DNA of 39,211 nt from Bacteroidota bacterium (GCA_040386055.1 JAZKGH010000103.1:44304-83514), one strand, 5' to 3'; counted from the stretch's first letter, positions 1-11,304 are shown. Numbers and translations: made by a program. The notes: generated by a model from the letters alone, not told the origin.

Positions 1-172
1 ACGAGCTCCTTTGGCGCGTATCATGGGTATTGTTGAAGTGTTAACACAGTTTAAAGCCGACCCAGAAGAATTCACTCAATTGATGAAATATCTGAACCAA
101 TCAGCAGAAGAACTTGATAAGATAATACGTGATATTGCAAATAAGTCAGCAGAAACAAGGATATATAGGTAG
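1..172 (+). CDS. 3' end of a sensor protein ending in a HisKA-like helical domain (partial, starts before the window)
   Basis: Frame 2 reads RAPLARIMGIVEVL...LNQSAEELDKIIRDI...YR*, with TAG at 170-172. This matches the segment after the H-box in Bacteroidota PAS/HisKA proteins. No HATPase domain follows. Confidence 0.7.
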   Translation, partial: RAPLARIMGIVEVLTQFKADPEEFTQLMKYLNQSAEELDKIIRDIANKSAETRIYR

Positions 173-190
173 TGCATGTTTTTTGTTGGC

Positions 191-2275
191 TTAATTATAT
201 TTAGCAGAATGCAATACTCTGACATGCGCAATTTTATTAAACAACGATACCGGATCAAAGGGTTTGGAGATAAAGTCATTCATGCCACAAGCCAGAGCCT
301 TTATACGTGTTTCAGCAAAGGCATCTGCCGTGAGCGCAAAAATTGGAATTTCTGTATTGAAGGATCGGATTATTTTTGTTGTTTGGAAACCATCCATCTC
401 AGGCATATGCAAATCCATTAAAACCAATTCATAATTGTTTTGCTTCAGTTTCTTTAAAGCCTCATCTCCACTTTCGCAACTATCGCATAGTACATTCCAG
501 CGGGAAAGAAACTTCATCATAATAAGTGTATTCATCTTATTATCCTCTACCATTAATATCCGCATACCTTCCAGTGAACGATCCGCATACTCATGAATGG
601 GTTGAGGTTGCTGAGGTTGCTCATGTTTTTTTAACTGAAGCGTAAAGCTAAAGGTTGACCCCTTTCCTTTTTCACTTTTTAAATCAATGGCTGAGTTTAG
701 TTTTTGTATGATACGTCTCGTAATGGCAAGACCCAAACCGGAACCTCCATACCTGCGGGTGGTATCAATATTTTCCTGACTAAAACTGTCGAATATTTTG
801 TCTTGCCTGTCGGCTGCAATGCCAATACCTGTATCTTTTACAGCTATTGTTAAGGTATCCATCTCCAAAGATTCTTCCACAATTTTAATGGATATGGTTA
901 CTTGCCCTTCATCTGTAAATTTAACCGCATTCGACATCAGATTGTTGATGATCTGAATAAACCGGATTGGATCCAGAACATATGGATACGAGGGTCTGTC
1001 TGTTTCAAACTCCAGTATAATTCCCTTTTTCTGTGCTTCAAGAGTATGGGCACTAATGGTTTCTTCCATAAGCTGATACAAATCAACTGAAACTTGTTCA
1101 AACTCTACTTTGTCGAGTTCAATCTTGCTAAAGTCGAGTACATTGTTAATCAACCGCATCAGGTTGCTTCCGGCCGATTTGAGCAGCTGTAGATTTTCAA
1201 TTTGCTCAGGCCGCGTTTCATCTTGCAACAATAAATTACTTGCCCCTATCACCGCGTTCATTGGTGTACGTATCTCATGACTCATGGTTGATAAAAACTG
1301 AGACTTTGCCAATGATGATTTTTCCGCTGATTCTTTCGCAGCAATAAGTTCTTCCTGCAAGTTTTTAACTTCTGAAATGTCACGCAGTGCACCATCGTAC
1401 ATTACGTTTCCATTTGCATCAATAGTTTTATTGCTGGTTAATAACCCCCAAAACGCTGAACCATCCTTACGCTTGTATTTTACTTCCATGTTGGATACAA
1501 AACCCTCTTTCTCCAGAATAGTCACTACGCGGTTCCGCTCTTCCATGTCAATATAAAAATCATCAGGACATACTTTCAAAAGCTCATCCAGCGAATCATA
1601 TCCAAATACCTTAGCATTTGCATTATTGGCATACACAAGACTATTCGAAACTAAATCTGTTCTGCAAATAGCAACATCAATATTCTGATTAATGGAGTTA
1701 AGCAGCTTTTCGTTCTGACTCAAAATCTTTTTACTTTCCTGCAAATTTTCTTCTGCCTTTTGTGATGATCGTGAGAGTACATATGCAATCATAACCGCCA
1801 TAAAAATAGCAATAAATGTATTGAAGTAGGAAACGATTACCTGATGTTCAACTTCGTACAAATGCGCTGCAATCTTGGGTGTGAGGTCTGTAAAGGTTGT
1901 CAGACTAATACAGGTAACTGTAAGCATAATTGCAAACAGTCTTGGTAATCTGTTATCAAAATTGGTAATAATCAAATTACATAATAACAATGGAATATAG
2001 AAAACAAAACCTCTTGTAGGGCTCATGATTCCGGCATCAAAAATTAGCATAATGCTATTGGTGCACAGTACAAAAATGATAAATGCTATTTTAAGTCTTC
2101 CCTTCGAGATTAGGTATTGGTTAATAATAAACAGTACTGCACCAATGATAAAATAAAAATAATGCTCGGAGTATTCGACAAAAACTGTAAGGAAAACAAC
2201 AAAAAACAGACACACCACTATCGCCCAGAAATTGAAGCTTGTTAAGATATCCTGCTTGTTAATGTTTCTGATCAT
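191..2275 (-). CDS. Membrane hybrid sensor histidine kinase/response regulator (TM region, PAS, HisKA, HATPase, REC)
   Basis: About 6 N-terminal TM helices; PAS/PAC (YKRKDGSAFW); H-box FLSTMSHEIRTPMNAV; N-box NLMSNAVKFT; G-boxes DTGIGI and GGSGLGL; REC motifs EDN, LMDLHMP and KPF. Confidence 0.95.
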   Translation of the reverse strand: MIRNINKQDILTSFNFWAIVVCLFFVVFLTVFVEYSEHYFYFIIGAVLFIINQYLISKGRLKIAFIIFVLCTNSIMLIFDAGIMSPTRGFVFYIPLLLCNLIITNFDNRLPRLFAIMLTVTCISLTTFTDLTPKIAAHLYEVEHQVIVSYFNTFIAIFMAVMIAYVLSRSSQKAEENLQESKKILSQNEKLLNSINQNIDVAICRTDLVSNSLVYANNANAKVFGYDSLDELLKVCPDDFYIDMEERNRVVTILEKEGFVSNMEVKYKRKDGSAFWGLLTSNKTIDANGNVMYDGALRDISEVKNLQEELIAAKESAEKSSLAKSQFLSTMSHEIRTPMNAVIGASNLLLQDETRPEQIENLQLLKSAGSNLMRLINNVLDFSKIELDKVEFEQVSVDLYQLMEETISAHTLEAQKKGIILEFETDRPSYPYVLDPIRFIQIINNLMSNAVKFTDEGQVTISIKIVEESLEMDTLTIAVKDTGIGIAADRQDKIFDSFSQENIDTTRRYGGSGLGLAITRRIIQKLNSAIDLKSEKGKGSTFSFTLQLKKHEQPQQPQPIHEYADRSLEGMRILMVEDNKMNTLIMMKFLSRWNVLCDSCESGDEALKKLKQNNYELVLMDLHMPEMDGFQTTKIIRSFNTEIPIFALTADAFAETRIKALACGMNDFISKPFDPVSLFNKIAHVRVLHSAKYN

Positions 2276-2286
2276 TAATTTCGAAT

Positions 2287-3330
2287 TTAGGGTTTAGGAG
2301 GGAATGACCAAGAGGCTTCTTGAATATTGTAGTGCAGATATCCGTTTTGTATTGCAAGCGGAGAGGTTATATTATTGAGATACAGGTTACCCGTTCCCAA
2401 TCCCTGTGGCAACGTATGTTGGTGTTCTGCACACCACTGCGCTATGGCATTAAGTCCCACATTGCTTTCCAATGCGGAAGTGGCCCACCAGCCAATATGG
2501 TTGGATTGAGCATATCCAATCCATTTATCAGCATTTTTAAACCCACCTATTAATGTTGGTTTTAAGATGATGTATTGTGGTTTGATAATCTTCAACAAAT
2601 CCTTTCCTTCTATTATTACATCCACCCCAATAAGTTCCTCGTCCAAGGCAATAGGGATAGGTGTTTTCAAACATAATTCGTGCATATAATCATGTTGTCC
2701 CGCTTTAATGGGTTGTTCGATTGAATGAACCTCAAACCTTGAAAGTATTTTTAATTTTTCGGAAGATTCATCTGTAGCAAAAGCCCCATTTGCATCCAAT
2801 CGAAGCTCTACCTTAAATGCTGAATGCCGTTTTCGAAAAGCCTCCAGCATCCTGCACTCATCGTCAAAATCTAATGCGCCAACTTTAAATTTAATGCAAT
2901 CAAACCCTTGTTCCACCTTAGCAAATGCTTCCTCCAGCATTTCATCCTTAGTATTCATCCACACAAGCCCGTTTATCTTAACAGGCACACCCGCAAGAAA
3001 CGAATTGTCAAACACCATAAAGGGCACATCATATTGCAAGGATAAGGAAGCTGTTTCAAATGCAAATTGCAGTGATGGAAATCCTGATAACGGCAAAGCA
3101 TCTATTGGTAATCCATCATTGATGTATGCAATACACTCAATTACTTTTTGCTCGAAATCGGGTCTGTCGTCAATGCTTAATCCCTTGAGTGGAGCTGCTT
3201 CCCCATAACCTATGCGATTGCCTTGTTGCAATACAATATAATACACCTCATGCGTATTCATAGTACCGCGTGAGGTTCTAGCTTGCTTTTTAAGTGTTAA
3301 TTCATGCCGGATATAAGAAGCAACAATCAT
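2287..3330 (-). CDS. menC: o-succinylbenzoate synthase (enolase superfamily)
   Basis: Motifs GEAAPL, KFKVG, LRLDANG, IEQP, LDEEL, ILKP, SALES and GLGTG; adjacent to menA. Confidence 0.9.
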   Translation of the reverse strand: MIVASYIRHELTLKKQARTSRGTMNTHEVYYIVLQQGNRIGYGEAAPLKGLSIDDRPDFEQKVIECIAYINDGLPIDALPLSGFPSLQFAFETASLSLQYDVPFMVFDNSFLAGVPVKINGLVWMNTKDEMLEEAFAKVEQGFDCIKFKVGALDFDDECRMLEAFRKRHSAFKVELRLDANGAFATDESSEKLKILSRFEVHSIEQPIKAGQHDYMHELCLKTPIPIALDEELIGVDVIIEGKDLLKIIKPQYIILKPTLIGGFKNADKWIGYAQSNHIGWWATSALESNVGLNAIAQWCAEHQHTLPQGLGTGNLYLNNITSPLAIQNGYLHYNIQEASWSFPPKP

Positions 3331-3332
3331 GG

Positions 3333-4292
3333 TTATAACAGTGACTGAATAAGCTGTGAGGCCATTTCCATTCTGGCAATCATATTAGTAACAATAAATA
3401 CCAAAACCAGTAACAATGTTCCCAACGATAACTGTTTTAAAAATCCGTTATAAACCGGTGAGGGTTCTGTTTTTAATACTCCAATCCATGTTTTCACGAT
3501 TAAAACCATTGCCGGTAATTGCAACAATTGCACCCAGTATGTGTATTCTATAAACAAGTATGTACTAAACGAAAGCAATGCCAATACAATCAATACCGAA
3601 TGATAACCCCTTGCTTTTTGCAGCCCGATTTTTACAGGAATCGTAAATTTCCCGGATGCTTCATCATTGTCGATATCACGAATATTATTGGTGTTTAATA
3701 CTGCTGTGCTTAACAACCCAACGCCAATTGCCGGCAACAAAATAACCCTATCATTGACCCAATTAAAGGTTAGCCCATTGCACAATACAAATGTTCCAAT
3801 AACCGATACGGGACCAAAAAAGATAAACACTGCAACGTCTCCTAAACCACTGTAGCCATAAGCGTTTTTTCCTACTGTGTATTTGATTGCTGCAATAATT
3901 GCCGCAATACCCAGTCCAAAAAAGAGAATAAAAGTCGTGTTGAATTGTCCGTTGGTTGCCTTGTACAATAAACTTACTCCGCTCACCAGCGATAACATCA
4001 CCAATAAAATAATTGCGCTTTTCATTTGCGACACAGTAATGTCGCCACTCTGCAATGCGCGCATATTTCCTACCCGTTTATCATTATCTGTTCCCTTCAC
4101 AAAGTCTCCATAATCATTGGCCAGATTAGATAAAATCTGTAACAAAACGGCTGTGGTAAGGCACAATATGGCCACCTTACCCGTTGTACTGTAGTGTAAA
4201 TCAGAAAGGGCAATGCCTGATAAAATAGCTGATGCTGCTAATGGTAAGGTGTGTAAACGCATTGCACTCACCCATGTTTTTATAGTACTCAT
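3333..4292 (-). CDS. menA: 1,4-dihydroxy-2-naphthoate octaprenyltransferase
   Basis: UbiA family: RLHTLPL, NLANDYGD, NNIRDIDND, GKFTIPV; multiple TM helices. Confidence 0.93.
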   Translation of the reverse strand: MSTIKTWVSAMRLHTLPLAASAILSGIALSDLHYSTTGKVAILCLTTAVLLQILSNLANDYGDFVKGTDNDKRVGNMRALQSGDITVSQMKSAIILLVMLSLVSGVSLLYKATNGQFNTTFILFFGLGIAAIIAAIKYTVGKNAYGYSGLGDVAVFIFFGPVSVIGTFVLCNGLTFNWVNDRVILLPAIGVGLLSTAVLNTNNIRDIDNDEASGKFTIPVKIGLQKARGYHSVLIVLALLSFSTYLFIEYTYWVQLLQLPAMVLIVKTWIGVLKTEPSPVYNGFLKQLSLGTLLLVLVFIVTNMIARMEMASQLIQSLL

Positions 4293-4347
4293 AATTTATA
4301 TGCTAACAACAAAAATGAGCGAATGGATTTGACAAACCAAAATCCAG

Positions 4348-5649
4348 CTAATTTTTTAACCAGACTTCCGGATCCAGCTTTTTATCCATGTTCCAGATCT
4401 GAAACTGTACCTCTGTTACGCCATCTTCATTAGTGTCCACTACGCCAATGGTTTGTTTACTATCTACCACCTGCCCCTCATGAACGGTTGTTGAAGCTAA
4501 GCGTGCATAGGCCGTAAAATATTTACCATGACTAATCAATACAATTTTGCCCATGCCGGGTACATTAAATATTTTAGTCACCTTGCCTTTAAAAACTGCG
4601 CGAACATTGGCATTGGGCTGGGTACTTATATCCACTCCGTTGTTGTTTACCTGCACTCCTCTTAAAGTAGGATGTGCGTGGGTACCAAATGCTTCGGCTA
4701 TATAACCACGCTCAACAGGCCAAGGTAAATTGTTTTTGTTTTGCTCAAAATCGTTCGACATCTTGAGTACTTCGGGTGTTAAGAAAAGATCGCTTTCTAC
4801 CTTAGTTGGTTTGGCCGGCTCGGGTTTAGTCGGGGAGCTTTTTCCGGCAGCTGCATTTCTGGCAGCCTCTTCACGTCTCCGTGCTTCTTCTTTTCTCCGT
4901 GCTTCTTCAATTTCACGGGCAATCATTTCTTCGATGGCGCGGTTTAGTTTTCTGGCCGCTGCCTGACTTTCGGCTAACTGCTTGCGTACCTCTTTCTCTT
5001 GCTGTTGCAACGAAACCAATACTTTGTTTTCTTCCTGCTTATCCTGCTCAAGTTCTTTCTTCTCACTTTCTTTCATTCCAATCAAGGCCATCTTCTCCTG
5101 CTTTTTGGCAAGCATTTGATTAAGTGCTGTAATGATCTCGTTTTGAGTGCTGAGAATAAGTGCCGCCTGGCGTTGACGGTAATCGCTGTATTGGTTGAGG
5201 TATTGAATGCGTTTAAGGGCCTGGTTAAAACTTTCTGCTGAAAAAACGAACATCATCTTATCATATACATTGCGTGATTTGTAGGCACTTAAAATGCTTT
5301 TAGCATAATCAGCCTTCAGCTTTTCCAAATCGGCTTTCAGCTTGTTTAAAGAATCCCTTGATTCTTCAATCTGCTGGCCTAATACACTGATTTGTTCCTG
5401 TACGTTATTGATTACACGTTCACGTGTCTTGATTTGGCTGGTAATCGCTTTCAGCTGCGTTACGGTAGTATTTTTTTTCTGCCTGGTTTCGGCCAATACT
5501 TGTTTGGCTTCTTTTATCTTTTCGAGTAGTTCTTTCCGTTTGGTTTCCAGTGCCTGACGTTGGGCTGTGGGTGATGTTTGCGCAAACGAAACAATGGTTA
5601 AGCAAACCATTGTTGTTAAAATAAGAATCCTACATGCGCACTGTTTCAT
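4348..5649 (-). CDS. EnvC-like murein hydrolase activator (coiled coil plus M23/LytM domain)
   Basis: Signal peptide ending FAQ, long coiled coil, then LPWPV and NNGVDI (degenerate M23 without Zn ligands). Start is uncertain (5649 or 5610). Confidence 0.88.
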   Translation of the reverse strand: MKQCACRILILTTMVCLTIVSFAQTSPTAQRQALETKRKELLEKIKEAKQVLAETRQKKNTTVTQLKAITSQIKTRERVINNVQEQISVLGQQIEESRDSLNKLKADLEKLKADYAKSILSAYKSRNVYDKMMFVFSAESFNQALKRIQYLNQYSDYRQRQAALILSTQNEIITALNQMLAKKQEKMALIGMKESEKKELEQDKQEENKVLVSLQQQEKEVRKQLAESQAAARKLNRAIEEMIAREIEEARRKEEARRREEAARNAAAGKSSPTKPEPAKPTKVESDLFLTPEVLKMSNDFEQNKNNLPWPVERGYIAEAFGTHAHPTLRGVQVNNNGVDISTQPNANVRAVFKGKVTKIFNVPGMGKIVLISHGKYFTAYARLASTTVHEGQVVDSKQTIGVVDTNEDGVTEVQFQIWNMDKKLDPEVWLKN

Positions 5650-6424
5650 ATGACTTAGGGATGGTAAACTGAATGTCCTTCTTTTTTTCGAACACAAAAT
5701 TGCTGAGTTCAAATTTGGTTTCCATATTTTTTTCTGCCCTAATGTTGATAGAAAACTTGTTTGGGAATTGATTGCCGCCCTGAGTGTACACCTCTTCATA
5801 CTCAACCTTCATTTCCTGATTCTTTTGAGGGTCTGATAACGTTGAGCGGGTTACATTCAAATCCTGTCTGTACATTGTTTGCTGTGTATGCGAAGAAGAA
5901 ACAGCCTGACTGATCAAAATATAATTGAGAACACTGTCTATTTTGCTTTTTGAGGCGTTGTTGGGAAACAATGTGTTACCTATGAACAGGTTTTGCAAAT
6001 TGGTTAAGTTGAGATCAGCATGGGTAAGGTTACGCACATAATCATAACGCGCAATAATGCATTTGCGGTGAAGCATATCCAAAATCACAATCGAATCTTG
6101 TGTGGCGAACACCCGGGCTACCGTAATACCTAATATGGCGGTTACGTTCATGTAAATAAACCTGTCCTTTTCCATTACAATACTTACCCCAAGATCCTGC
6201 TTGGTGTCATTGTCTTTGTATGAGGCCTTTCCGTTTGCCGAATAATAGGAGAATGTGGTTTGTTGTTGCTCTATAGCTGCAATCAAGAGATCCTTGGTGC
6301 TGGGTTTGCCCATGTTCACTATAGACTTTTCATCCTGCTTTATTCCTTTTTTGCTCCTGCACGAAGAAGTGATAACCATCAATCCTATTATACCCAATAG
6401 CAGGTATTGAATCTTACTCTTCAT
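5630..6424 (-). CDS. DUF4292 family lipoprotein
   Basis: Lipobox ITSSC; conserved position between the TPR and EnvC-like genes in Bacteroidota; C-terminal FTIPKSYE. Confidence 0.8.
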   Translation of the reverse strand: MKSKIQYLLLGIIGLMVITSSCRSKKGIKQDEKSIVNMGKPSTKDLLIAAIEQQQTTFSYYSANGKASYKDNDTKQDLGVSIVMEKDRFIYMNVTAILGITVARVFATQDSIVILDMLHRKCIIARYDYVRNLTHADLNLTNLQNLFIGNTLFPNNASKSKIDSVLNYILISQAVSSSHTQQTMYRQDLNVTRSTLSDPQKNQEMKVEYEEVYTQGGNQFPNKFSINIRAEKNMETKFELSNFVFEKKKDIQFTIPKSYETVRM

Positions 6425-8126
6425 ACAATTTCCCTTCTTTGATTTTTTTATCGAGCAATTTACTATCACTACCTAATTCTTTGGCCTTTTTCCAACTCTT
6501 TAGCGCCCCTTCCTTATCATTGAGCTGATACAGCACATCGCCTAAATGGTCGCATACCTCTGCATTGTTAGGTGAGTATTGCAACGACTTCTCAATGTAT
6601 TCTTTTGCTCCGGTGTAATTTTTTTGTGTGAACAAAATCCATCCATACGTATCCATATATGAAGCATTTTCTGAATCAAGCTCCAGGCTTTTTTTAGACA
6701 TGACCGCAGCTTTATCCAGATTTATTTTTCGTAGACTCAGGAAGTAAGCGTAGTTATTTAATGCATATGCATTCAGCGAATCATTCTTCAGAATAGTTTC
6801 ATATGTTGAATCACTTGCTTTATAGTTTTTGAGGTAATGATAGGCATCAGCCAGCGTTGCATTCAACTGTAATTCAATTTCCTTTTGATCAGGAGTAATA
6901 ACTTCCAAACCTTTTAGTGCATGGCTAACTGCTTTATCATATTGTTTGAGCTGCATACTGGCAATGGCCGCATAGGTAAAAAATGCCGGCTCGGCCGGGA
7001 AATACTCTATTGCATCTTCACAATCCTGTAACAATAACTCATTGTTTAGCATTTGCGAGCTACAGTATATAAGTTGTTGCCAGGCAACATATGTTGACGG
7101 TTCAATCGTTAGTGCTCTACGGTATTCAAATCGAGCTGAATCATATTTACGTTGTTGTGCATACAAATCGCCTAATACCAGATAAGGGGCCGCTTCTGTG
7201 TCGTTTGCTTTTGCAAAAATGGTTGCCAGCTCAAATGTTCGTGCTGATTGATCGGTAAAATCCTGTCCACCCATGAATGATGATAGTACATTGATTTTGG
7301 ACTTGGCATCAACATCCTTGCTTGCCATACCCGCTTTCATCAAACTGTACCATTTTTCCTTGTCATTTTTCGCACGGTAATAATCTGAAAGCGAAAACAA
7401 GGCAAACCCGTTCTCCGGTTCTTTTCTCAGTATTTCATTGTATATCTCAAGGGCCTTTTCTGCCTTGCCATTTGCTACATATAAATCGGCAAGCATGCCC
7501 ATATATTTGGTTTCAGAAGGAAATGCTTTAATTAATTTTTCAACTTCCTGTATAGCTTTGCTAAGTTTGTTTTGTGCAAGGTAAATTTGTTCCTTCTGCT
7601 TCACAACATCTTCATTGATGCCCACATTTTTCTCTACCTCTTCCAACACCTTAATTGCTTTTGAATAGTCTTTAGCCATTACAAACAAGTATGATGCCTG
7701 CAACATGTTTTGCACTTCCTTTTTCTCTCTCGCTACTGCAAGCATGAGTTCGGCTGCTTCTTTATTTTTTTTGCGGGCTATATACACATCCACCAGCAAC
7801 TCTTTATACCAAATGTTTTCTTTATCCAGCTTCACGGCATCCGCCACATATCGTTCGGCATCTTCGTACATCTTCTTTTGAAAATATACATCACCGATGA
7901 TAAAATTAACCGCGGCATTTTCGGGCTGCAGTCCATAGCAATACCTGAACTGCTTTAATGCTTCATCATAATTAAAAAGAATTTTTTCCCTGTTGCCGTT
8001 TACGAAAGCAAGATCGAATTTTAACCGGTCGTCATCACTCAATGGCTTTCCGGTTTTTTGAGCAACAGCCGATAATCCAAGCGAAAGCAGAAAAAGGAAA
8101 AGAAAATGTTGGGTTAGTTTTGTCAA
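6414..8126 (-). CDS. Tetratricopeptide repeat protein with signal peptide
   Basis: Many TPRs; C-terminal ALNNYAYFL...YMDTYGWILF...DHLGDV. TTG start inferred at 8126. Confidence 0.88.
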   Translation of the reverse strand: MTKLTQHFLFLFLLSLGLSAVAQKTGKPLSDDDRLKFDLAFVNGNREKILFNYDEALKQFRYCYGLQPENAAVNFIIGDVYFQKKMYEDAERYVADAVKLDKENIWYKELLVDVYIARKKNKEAAELMLAVAREKKEVQNMLQASYLFVMAKDYSKAIKVLEEVEKNVGINEDVVKQKEQIYLAQNKLSKAIQEVEKLIKAFPSETKYMGMLADLYVANGKAEKALEIYNEILRKEPENGFALFSLSDYYRAKNDKEKWYSLMKAGMASKDVDAKSKINVLSSFMGGQDFTDQSARTFELATIFAKANDTEAAPYLVLGDLYAQQRKYDSARFEYRRALTIEPSTYVAWQQLIYCSSQMLNNELLLQDCEDAIEYFPAEPAFFTYAAIASMQLKQYDKAVSHALKGLEVITPDQKEIELQLNATLADAYHYLKNYKASDSTYETILKNDSLNAYALNNYAYFLSLRKINLDKAAVMSKKSLELDSENASYMDTYGWILFTQKNYTGAKEYIEKSLQYSPNNAEVCDHLGDVLYQLNDKEGALKSWKKAKELGSDSKLLDKKIKEGKLYEE

Positions 8127-8136
8127 TACCGTAGTT

Positions 8137-9147
8137 CTAAAGTTGTGTGCTGTAATCACCAATGCTTAAATCTTTGGCCTCACCGTTGTACTCAACGTAA
8201 TTGCCGATCATTGCATTGTCAATCACTGCATTTTTTATCTTGCTGTTGGTTTGAATAATACAATTACTCACTACAGAATTCTCAATAATCGTGCCGTCAC
8301 CAATACTGGCGTATGGGCCAACCACAGCATGTTTAATCACTACATTTTGGCCGATAAACGATGGTTGGATAATCATGGCGTTTTCTGTTTTCACGGTATC
8401 ATTTACCATTTTTTCACCTTCGGCATGCATGTGAAACAGGATACGCGAATTGGTAAATACTGTTGAATTTTTATTGCCACAATCCAGCCATTCCTGTACT
8501 TTTCCGGGTTCGAATTTCAACCCTTTTTTCTTCATGTTATCAAGAGCATCTGTCAATTGATACTCGCCTTTTGTCACGATTTTGTTATCCAACAAATATT
8601 GCAATTCGGTGCGAAGGTTACTGCCGTCTTTAAAGTAGTAAATACCTATAATGGCCAAATCGCTTACAAACTCTTGCGGCTTTTCAACAAAATCAGTGAT
8701 TACCCCATTGCCATCTAGTTTCACAACTCCAAACTGGCGGGGATCTTCAATTTGCTGAACCCAAATAATTCCGTCCTTACTTCTGTCGAGTTTAAATCCT
8801 GCCTTGAACAAGGTGTCGGCAAATACGATTAAAACATTTCCATCTAGAGCTTCTTTAGCACACATAATGGCATGTGCTGTTCCCAATGCCTCGCTTTGAT
8901 AATGAATGGTTCCTTTGGCTCCAAGCTTTCCGGCAACATCAATCAGTTTTTTCTCTACTTCTTTACCAAAACTAGGATGAATAATGTATGCTACTTCCTC
9001 AATACCTTCTCCGCAAACAGCCTCCAGGTCTTCAATAATTTTTTGCACAATTGGTTTTCCACCTACCGGGATTAACGGTTTAGGAACTGTTAATGTGTGT
9101 GGCCTCATGCGCTTGCCCATCCCGGCCATTGGTACAATTATCTTCAT
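8137..9147 (-). CDS. Sugar-phosphate nucleotidyltransferase (glucose-1-phosphate thymidylyltransferase-like)
   Basis: MKIIVPMAGMGKRMRPHT...PKPL, LGTAHA, EKP, WLDCG; C-terminal hexapeptide-like repeats. Confidence 0.9.
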   Translation of the reverse strand: MKIIVPMAGMGKRMRPHTLTVPKPLIPVGGKPIVQKIIEDLEAVCGEGIEEVAYIIHPSFGKEVEKKLIDVAGKLGAKGTIHYQSEALGTAHAIMCAKEALDGNVLIVFADTLFKAGFKLDRSKDGIIWVQQIEDPRQFGVVKLDGNGVITDFVEKPQEFVSDLAIIGIYYFKDGSNLRTELQYLLDNKIVTKGEYQLTDALDNMKKKGLKFEPGKVQEWLDCGNKNSTVFTNSRILFHMHAEGEKMVNDTVKTENAMIIQPSFIGQNVVIKHAVVGPYASIGDGTIIENSVVSNCIIQTNSKIKNAVIDNAMIGNYVEYNGEAKDLSIGDYSTQL

Positions 9148-9232
9148 TTTTGTTATGTTACTTTTATGTTCTTGTTTCTCGCGGCTTCGCAAATTTTTAT
9201 TTGATTCGTTCAGGATACATACAATCTGTGGA

Positions 9233-9260
9233 GTGGAGACACATAATTATGCGTCTCTAC
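9233..9260. repeat. GTAG-type REP-like palindrome
   Basis: gtggagacacat-aatt-atgcgtctctac, an imperfect palindrome that begins GTAG on the minus strand; intergenic. Confidence 0.65.
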
Positions 9261-9278
9261 GTTAAATTGTTCAATTAT

Positions 9279-9710
9279 CTATTTCCCTGTGCTTCCATAT
9301 CCTCCTGCTCCGCGGGATGTATCACTTAATACTTCTGTTTCTTCCCAGATCACACGTTCGTGTTTGGCTACAATCATTTGTGCAATGCGCTCACCACTTT
9401 GAATTATAAAATCTTCCTGTCCCAAATTGATGAGCAACACTTTTATTTCTCCCCGGTAATCTGCATCAATCGTGCCCGGTGAATTTAATACCGTTACGCC
9501 ATGTTTAAACGCAAGTCCGCTGCGGGGTCTGATTTGAGCTTCATAACCCTGCTCCAGCTCAATAAATAAACCTGTTGGTATCAACCTGCGCTCCATCGGT
9601 TTTAATACTACTTGCTCCTCCAATACTGCACGCAAATCCATCCCTGCCGAATGAATTGTTTCATAAGCGGGAAGCGCGTGGTTTGACTTATTAATTACTT
9701 TTAGCTGCAT
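9279..9710 (-). CDS. dut: dUTP diphosphatase
   Basis: All five dUTPase motifs present: [24 protein letters not shown] and [10 protein letters not shown]. Confidence 0.97.
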   Translation of the reverse strand: MQLKVINKSNHALPAYETIHSAGMDLRAVLEEQVVLKPMERRLIPTGLFIELEQGYEAQIRPRSGLAFKHGVTVLNSPGTIDADYRGEIKVLLINLGQEDFIIQSGERIAQMIVAKHERVIWEETEVLSDTSRGAGGYGSTGK

Positions 9711-9726
9711 GGTTTTATATAAGGCG

Positions 9727-11205
9727 TTATCGTGGCGAAAATAACACTTTATTGTTTCTTTCAAACAACCATGCAAACACGATAAAAATCAACAGGAACA
9801 AACCATGAATGAGGTTTTGGACCAAAGGTGATTGTGGTAAAAATGGTAAGAGCCACTGATGTACAAAATATAAAACCAGGGCAACGGCTATAAATAGTAA
9901 AACTTTACCTGTATTATACGGAATAGGATAGTATTTGGCACCCATCCAATAACACATAACGGCCATGCTCACGTAACAGATCAAGGTAGCCCAGGCCGCA
10001 CCTGTGTAGCCCAGTAGCGGAATGAGGATAATATTGGCACCAATAGTAATGGCAGCACCCACAAGCGAAATCTTTGCTCCTTTGTTGGTTTGATCACTTA
10101 GCTTATACCAGATGGAAAGGTTATAATAAATTCCCAAAAACATATTAGCAATGAGTAATATGGGAACAATGTGCAATCCTTCACGGAAATTGGGCCCGAT
10201 AAAATGCTGGAACACATTCATAAACAACATCACACCCAAGAATAAGCACAAACAAACCAATACAAAATAATCCATCACCTGAGCATAAATGGTGCGTTTA
10301 TCGGTTGTTTGAGCGTGACTAAAAAAGAACGGTTCGGCTGCGTACCGGAAGGCCTGAATAAACAAGCTCATTAAAATCGATAGTTTATAATTGGCTCCAT
10401 AGATCCCATTCATGGAGCGGCCCACTTCGGGATCATCATAAAAATAGGTAATGATGGTACGGTCAAGGGTTTCGTTAATCATCCCTGCAAAACCTATCAC
10501 CATCATTGGCAATGCATACACCAGCATTTCCCGCCACAATACTTTGTTAAAGGAATATCCGCGCATCTCCATAAACTCTTTAGCCAGCAGCGGAAGCGGA
10601 ATAATACTTGATACCAGGTTGGAAATAAAAATATAGCCTATACCTATTTCTGCCTCATAAAAGGGTAAGGTTGTTCCCCAGTTTTTAACTGCATATGGAC
10701 ACAATACAAGGAAATAGAGGTTAAGCAGGATATTGGAAAAAATACTGATGTTTTTAATCAGCGCAAATTTGATGGGGCGGTTTTGCTGGCGCAGATATGC
10801 AAAAGGCAATGCTGCAACAGCATCCAGCGCAATGATGATCGTAAAATAAACAATGTATTCAGGATGTTCAGGGAGTTTGATAAGTGCCGCGATAGGTGAC
10901 GACAAAAAACAGAACAACAAAATGAATCCGGAGGATGTTACTAGTAAGGACTTCAGAGCTGTTGCATACACATCACCGGGTTGTTCCTGCTTTTGAGAAA
11001 ACCTGAAAAAGGCTGTTTCCATTCCATACGTAAGCAGTACGTTAAAAAAAGTAACATAAGAATACATCAAGGTAACCACGCCATACTCACCGGTAGTAAA
11101 AATAGACGTATACAGCGGTACGAGGAGGTAATTTACAAAACGACCCAATATCTGGCTCAGGCCATAAACAGCCGTTTGCGAAGCAAGTTTTTTAAGTGTA
11201 CTCAA
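9727..11205 (-). CDS. Polysaccharide biosynthesis flippase (Wzx/MOP superfamily)
   Basis: About 14 TM helices; [31 protein letters not shown]; conserved position upstream of dut. Confidence 0.88.
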   Translation of the reverse strand: MSTLKKLASQTAVYGLSQILGRFVNYLLVPLYTSIFTTGEYGVVTLMYSYVTFFNVLLTYGMETAFFRFSQKQEQPGDVYATALKSLLVTSSGFILLFCFLSSPIAALIKLPEHPEYIVYFTIIIALDAVAALPFAYLRQQNRPIKFALIKNISIFSNILLNLYFLVLCPYAVKNWGTTLPFYEAEIGIGYIFISNLVSSIIPLPLLAKEFMEMRGYSFNKVLWREMLVYALPMMVIGFAGMINETLDRTIITYFYDDPEVGRSMNGIYGANYKLSILMSLFIQAFRYAAEPFFFSHAQTTDKRTIYAQVMDYFVLVCLCLFLGVMLFMNVFQHFIGPNFREGLHIVPILLIANMFLGIYYNLSIWYKLSDQTNKGAKISLVGAAITIGANIILIPLLGYTGAAWATLICYVSMAVMCYWMGAKYYPIPYNTGKVLLFIAVALVLYFVHQWLLPFLPQSPLVQNLIHGLFLLIFIVFAWLFERNNKVLFSPR

Positions 11206-11304
11206 TGTGTGCAGTTAATCTAACGATTCAAATAACATAAAATTTTGTCAAGCAATTTTCGTTTATTACACACAAGCATTCCGTAAATGTCTATTTTCGC
11301 AACT

